NCBI RefSeq assembly: GCF_015062935.1 | Contig: NZ_SUTM01000004.1 | Coordinates: 25,106 to 89,105 of the forward strand | Origin: Methanobrevibacter sp. | GTDB taxonomy: Archaea; Methanobacteriota; Methanobacteria; Methanobacteriales; Methanobacteriaceae | DNA length: 64,000 nucleotides | Direction: 5' to 3' | Shown: positions 60,060-64,000 of the stretch, in pieces | How positions within the stretch are numbered: position 1 is the first letter of the stretch | Layout: every line of letters begins with the position of its first letter | Notes under the pieces: model-generated | The model's input: the letters and a program-made list of their open reading frames with translations, nothing else | Told to the model about the DNA's origin: nothing | The model's database searches: none | Translations under genes and position numbers: made by a program

Positions 60060-63000
60060 ATGAAGAAAATGAATAAAAATATTCTTATTTGTGCACTTTT
60101 GGTCGTAATGATGCTGTTTTGCGTCAGTACGGTCAGTGCAGAAGATAATGCACTTGATAACAATTTAGCTAGCTCTGATGCTGGTGATGTTATTAGTGCA
60201 GAGGGGGATACTATCTATGTAGATAGTTCTTCGACAAGTGACGACGAACAAGGAACGGAGAGTAGTCCTTATAAAACAATTTCTTCCGCTGTTAACTCAG
60301 AAAAGGTTACTGGTGGGGAAACTATTTTTATAAAAAATGGAAACTACTCTGAAAGTACCATTACTTTTACAAAAAATTTAAATCTTGTTGGTGAAAGTAA
60401 GGATGGTGTATCTATAAAATCTACATCAACTAGTGCTGAACTATTTGTAGGTACTAATGATGGTCTTACACTTTCATTTAATAATTTAATTATTGAAGAT
60501 TCATCAAAAACTGGTGGAACTGGTATTTTAAGATTCACTGGTGGAAAAGTTTTAAATATAGATTTTAATAATTGTACTTTTGATAATATTACAAATAAAT
60601 ATGGTGTAATGCAACTTGCTTCAACTGGTACAATAAATATTGCGGATTGTACTTTTAAAGATATTAAATCTTCTGTTTCTAATGGTGCAGGTGCAATATA
60701 TGTAAGTGATGGTGGAACATATAATATTAAAAATACTGTTTTTGAAGATATTTCTTATACTCTTAGCACTGGTCAAGTGGGTGGTGTAATTTACATATCT
60801 AAAGCTGCTGCGAATTTAAATATGGAAAATGTTACTATCCAAAACTGTAAATATCCTGGAAATAGTATTGTACGTTCAACCGGTACTGTTGTTATTAAAA
60901 AATCTAAATTTGTAGATAATGATGTTGAATTGTCTTCTAGTGGTTATGTTGGGGACAGTTTATTCTACATTGGAGGCAGTGGAAAATTGACCATGGAACA
61001 ATCTGTTCTTGCAAACAACACTGTTGCTAAAAATGTATTTTATTTAGGTTCCAGTGCTCAAGCAACCATGAACTATAATAATATTTATAACAACACATTC
61101 AATACTAGTTATGAATCAGGAATCAAAACTACCAATGGTGTGCTTGATGCAGAAAACAACTATTGGGGATCAAACTCATTACCTGAAGGCGTTACTGCTA
61201 ACATATGGGTTGTTGAAGAAGAAGGTTCATACAAATTAAGCAACGGTAATGAATTAGAAAAAGAAATTCCTGGATTGAATGATGGTGGCGACGAACCTGT
61301 TGTACCAACTGTAAACGACATCATTTATGTTGATTCAGTAAACGGTGCAGATACTAACGACGGTTTCAGTGAAGCTACTGCAGTAAAAACAATCGAAAAA
61401 GCTGTAGCAATTTCCGAAGAAATCACTGATGATTTAGCTGAAGGTCAAATTCCTACCATTGTAATTAAGGAAGGTACTTATGTTGAAAACCCTATTACAA
61501 TTACTGAAAGTGTCATTATCAACACTACAGGTCCTGTAACATGGGATGCAAATGGTAAAAGAGCTTTATATGTTCAATATGCTGATGTAAGTCTTTCAAA
61601 CATTACCTTCATTAACGGTAATGAATCCTACAGTGGATCTGTTATCCGTCAGAATTACGGTATTGTACTCATTGACAATTGTGTATTCACAAACAATGGT
61701 GGAGAAAACAGGGAAGCTCTTATTTACAATAATTATGGTGATTTATCAATAACAAACACAGTATTTGATAAAAATACTGCTCATAAGACAAGTACTTCTT
61801 ATGGAAACATTCGTGTAAACAATGGAAACTTATTTGTAGACAACTGTAACTTTACTAACAACTACAATAAATATGGTGTATTCTACATTTCAAGTTCACA
61901 AGCTGAAATTTACAACTCTTCATTTATTGGAAACAATGCTACTTCCTCAAGCGGAGGTTCAGGTGCAGCTATTTATGTAGGTGGCAGTTCCACTACCCAA
62001 AGTGCATCTAGTGGTAAAATCACTAATGGTACTGCTTCCAATTTATTAGTCAAAAACTGTGAATTTATTAATAACACTGCATTTGGCGGTACTTATTATG
62101 GTGGTGCCGGTGGAGCAGTCTATGTAAACAACAACGTAACTGCTGTAATTGAAGATTCATTATTTGAAAACAATGTTGCTATTACCGGTGGAGAATCTGG
62201 TAAAGGTGGAGCAATTTATGCTTCTGCAGGGGACATAACAGTAAACGGCTGTGTATTCAACGACAATGTTGCCGAAGAAGGTTCAGAAATTTATCTTAAA
62301 TACTATGGCGGTTCTTCATACAGTATCATGGTCGCACCTGATGCAATCAATAAAATTAACGTTAAAGATTCAGTCTTTAATGATGATAATAGTGCAATTG
62401 TTGTTTCAGACAATGATAAATATGCCGCTGACGTGAATGAAAACTACTGGGGCAGCAATGACAATCCTGCTTCCAAAGTAGGGGAAAACGTCACTGTTGA
62501 AAATTGGGTAGTAATGGATGCTAAAGTAACTCCAGACAATGCTCAAATCGGAGACAATGTTACTGTTGATGTAACCTTCGACAAACTTCAACATGCTGAT
62601 GACACCGTAAGCGAATATAGTGGAACTTTACCGGAAATGGATATAACTGTTACTTCCACAAGCGGTAAATTAAATGAAATTTTAACTGTTAAAGATAACA
62701 AGGCAAGTGTTGATTACACTATCGATGCTGCTGATGATGCAATTGATGTTGGTGACGTGTCAATACCTTTAGTTGCTGGAATCATTTACGTGTCTCCTGA
62801 AGGTGACGATACCAATGCAGGTACTGAAGAAGCTCCTGTTGCAACTATCGCTCACGCTATTGAAATTTCAGTTAAAGGTAAAATTGTTCTTTTAGAAGGT
62901 ACCCACAAAACCGGTGACTTAGGAACAATCTCAAAAGATTTAACTATCACTGGTCAAGGTAATGCAATCATTGACGCTCAAAACAACAATAGAGTATTAT

Positions 63001-64000
63001 ATGTCGGTTCCACTGGAGATGTTTTAATTGAAAACGTAACATTAATCAACGGATACACTGCTGCTGATGAAAGCGGTGCATTATTAGGAAACTCCGGTAA
63101 ATTAACCCTTCAAGGTTGTACCTTAGCAAACTCCACTTCAAGCAAAAACGGTGGAGCAATCTACAATGTAGCTGAATTAATGGTAATTGATTCAGTATTT
63201 GAAAACAATAAAGCAGCTCAAAATGGTGGAGCAATATTTTCACAGGCTGCTGCAGGTTTTACTCCTGAATTATATGTTGTAGGAACTACCTTTACCAACA
63301 ACAATGCTAAAGGTTCTTCCAACTTTGCAGGAGGAGCAATATTTGCTCAACAAAACTCTGCATTTGATATTATAAACTCTGAATTTGTCGCAAACAGTGT
63401 AGATGCATACGGTGGAGGAGCTATCGAAATTGTAAACACAAATGTTGCTACAATTACCGGTTCCACATTTACTGGAAACTCCGCTAAAGGTGAAGCTGAA
63501 TCAAGTAACTACGGTGGAGGAGCAATCAGTTTCATTGGTGCTTACTCTGATAAAAAAGAAACTTTAACTGTAACTGATTCTTTATTCGAACAAAACACCG
63601 TTGACGGTCTTGGTGGTGGAGCAATTTATGTAAGAACCGCTACTGTAAACGTTGCAAACTCTGTTTTAGTAAGCAATTTCGATGACAGCAATTATGCTGT
63701 TTACTCCAGAATTACCAGTATGGTAACTCCTACCGTAAATGTAAACGACAACTGGTGGGGAAGCAACGATTCACCTAAAGATTTCGTTTCTGATAAAGTG
63801 ACATTAAACAGATGGGCTGTTTTAACTGTTACAAATGACACTCAAATCAAAGCCGGTGAAAACGTAACAATAAACGCAAACATTAACACATACACCACTG
63901 GTACTACAACCGGAGATTTAGCAAAACCTATTGTTGTGCCTCGTGCTGTTACTTTAGAAACTTCCGAAGCTACTGAAGAAGGTGTTTTAGTAGATGGTGA
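60060..64000 (+). CDS. Third adhesin-like protein, 3'-truncated (more than 1313 aa; absent from the ORF track)
   Basis: ATG at 60060 gives MKKMNKNILICALLVVMMLFCVSTVSAEDN (signal peptide). The frame was open wherever checked, including the window end. It contains three IYV..G.D...G....(P)..TI..A beta-helix modules (~60210, 61320, 62780) with GGAIY/GGAVY repeats. Confidence 0.9.
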   Translation, partial: MKKMNKNILICALLVVMMLFCVSTVSAEDNALDNNLASSDAGDVISAEGDTIYVDSSSTSDDEQGTESSPYKTISSAVNSEKVTGGETIFIKNGNYSESTITFTKNLNLVGESKDGVSIKSTSTSAELFVGTNDGLTLSFNNLIIEDSSKTGGTGILRFTGGKVLNIDFNNCTFDNITNKYGVMQLASTGTINIADCTFKDIKSSVSNGAGAIYVSDGGTYNIKNTVFEDISYTLSTGQVGGVIYISKAAANLNMENVTIQNCKYPGNSIVRSTGTVVIKKSKFVDNDVELSSSGYVGDSLFYIGGSGKLTMEQSVLANNTVAKNVFYLGSSAQATMNYNNIYNNTFNTSYESGIKTTNGVLDAENNYWGSNSLPEGVTANIWVVEEEGSYKLSNGNELEKEIPGLNDGGDEPVVPTVNDIIYVDSVNGADTNDGFSEATAVKTIEKAVAISEEITDDLAEGQIPTIVIKEGTYVENPITITESVIINTTGPVTWDANGKRALYVQYADVSLSNITFINGNESYSGSVIRQNYGIVLIDNCVFTNNGGENREALIYNNYGDLSITNTVFDKNTAHKTSTSYGNIRVNNGNLFVDNCNFTNNYNKYGVFYISSSQAEIYNSSFIGNNATSSSGGSGAAIYVGGSSTTQSASSGKITNGTASNLLVKNCEFINNTAFGGTYYGGAGGAVYVNNNVTAVIEDSLFENNVAITGGESGKGGAIYASAGDITVNGCVFNDNVAEEGSEIYLKYYGGSSYSIMVAPDAINKINVKDSVFNDDNSAIVVSDNDKYAADVNENYWGSNDNPASKVGENVTVENWVVMDAKVTPDNAQIGDNVTVDVTFDKLQHADDTVSEYSGTLPEMDITVTSTSGKLNEILTVKDNKASVDYTIDAADDAIDVGDVSIPLVAGIIYVSPEGDDTNAGTEEAPVATIAHAIEISVKGKIVLLEGTHKTGDLGTISKDLTITGQGNAIIDAQNNNRVLYVGSTGDVLIENVTLINGYTAADESGALLGNSGKLTLQGCTLANSTSSKNGGAIYNVAELMVIDSVFENNKAAQNGGAIFSQAAAGFTPELYVVGTTFTNNNAKGSSNFAGGAIFAQQNSAFDIINSEFVANSVDAYGGGAIEIVNTNVATITGSTFTGNSAKGEAESSNYGGGAISFIGAYSDKKETLTVTDSLFEQNTVDGLGGGAIYVRTATVNVANSVLVSNFDDSNYAVYSRITSMVTPTVNVNDNWWGSNDSPKDFVSDKVTLNRWAVLTVTNDTQIKAGENVTINANINTYTTGTTTGDLAKPIVVPRAVTLETSEATEEGVLVDG

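Noticed and set aside
1-64000. CRISPR array, tRNA/rRNA, transposase or integrase
   Set aside because: No regularly spaced 25-40 bp repeats, T-loop/cloverleaf patterns, rRNA-like GC-rich tracts or DDE/tyrosine-recombinase motifs were seen by eye.

Overview
AT-rich archaeal chromosomal window, most likely from a Methanobrevibacter-type gut/rumen methanogen (inferred from LonB, AqpM, an archaea-specific Ski2-like helicase, a MurT-like ligase, an NrpR operator, GGTGA-type RBSs and giant adhesin-like proteins). (1) 1-18.7 kb is an accessory secondary-metabolism/redox block. It holds the 3' part of a large NRPS ([T]-C-A-T-C-A-T-C-A-T-R; the three visible A domains share one substrate code that suggests a basic amino acid), a MATE exporter with an extra C-terminal domain, three different aldo-keto reductases, an orphan HisKA_2 kinase, an HxlR regulator and a SAM methyltransferase. 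(2) 19-46 kb is mostly housekeeping: cobQ, lonB, MurT-like ligase, ADP-ribosylglycohydrolase, GNAT, prs, uvrB-[vapBC]-uvrA, NrpR-controlled amtB-glnK, DUF2193-aqpM, DUF368, helicase-HerA(DUF853)-wHTH, TPR and GIY-YIG genes. An unexplained GC-rich structured element lies between cobQ and lonB. (3) 46-64 kb is a tandem array of three adhesin-like proteins: one with an intact papain-type protease domain, one with a PQQ-like propeller and a recent 537-bp tandem duplication, and a third, missing from the ORF track, that runs off the window end. No tRNA, rRNA, CRISPR array or transposase was recognised. All family assignments are from motif recognition by eye, not database searches.
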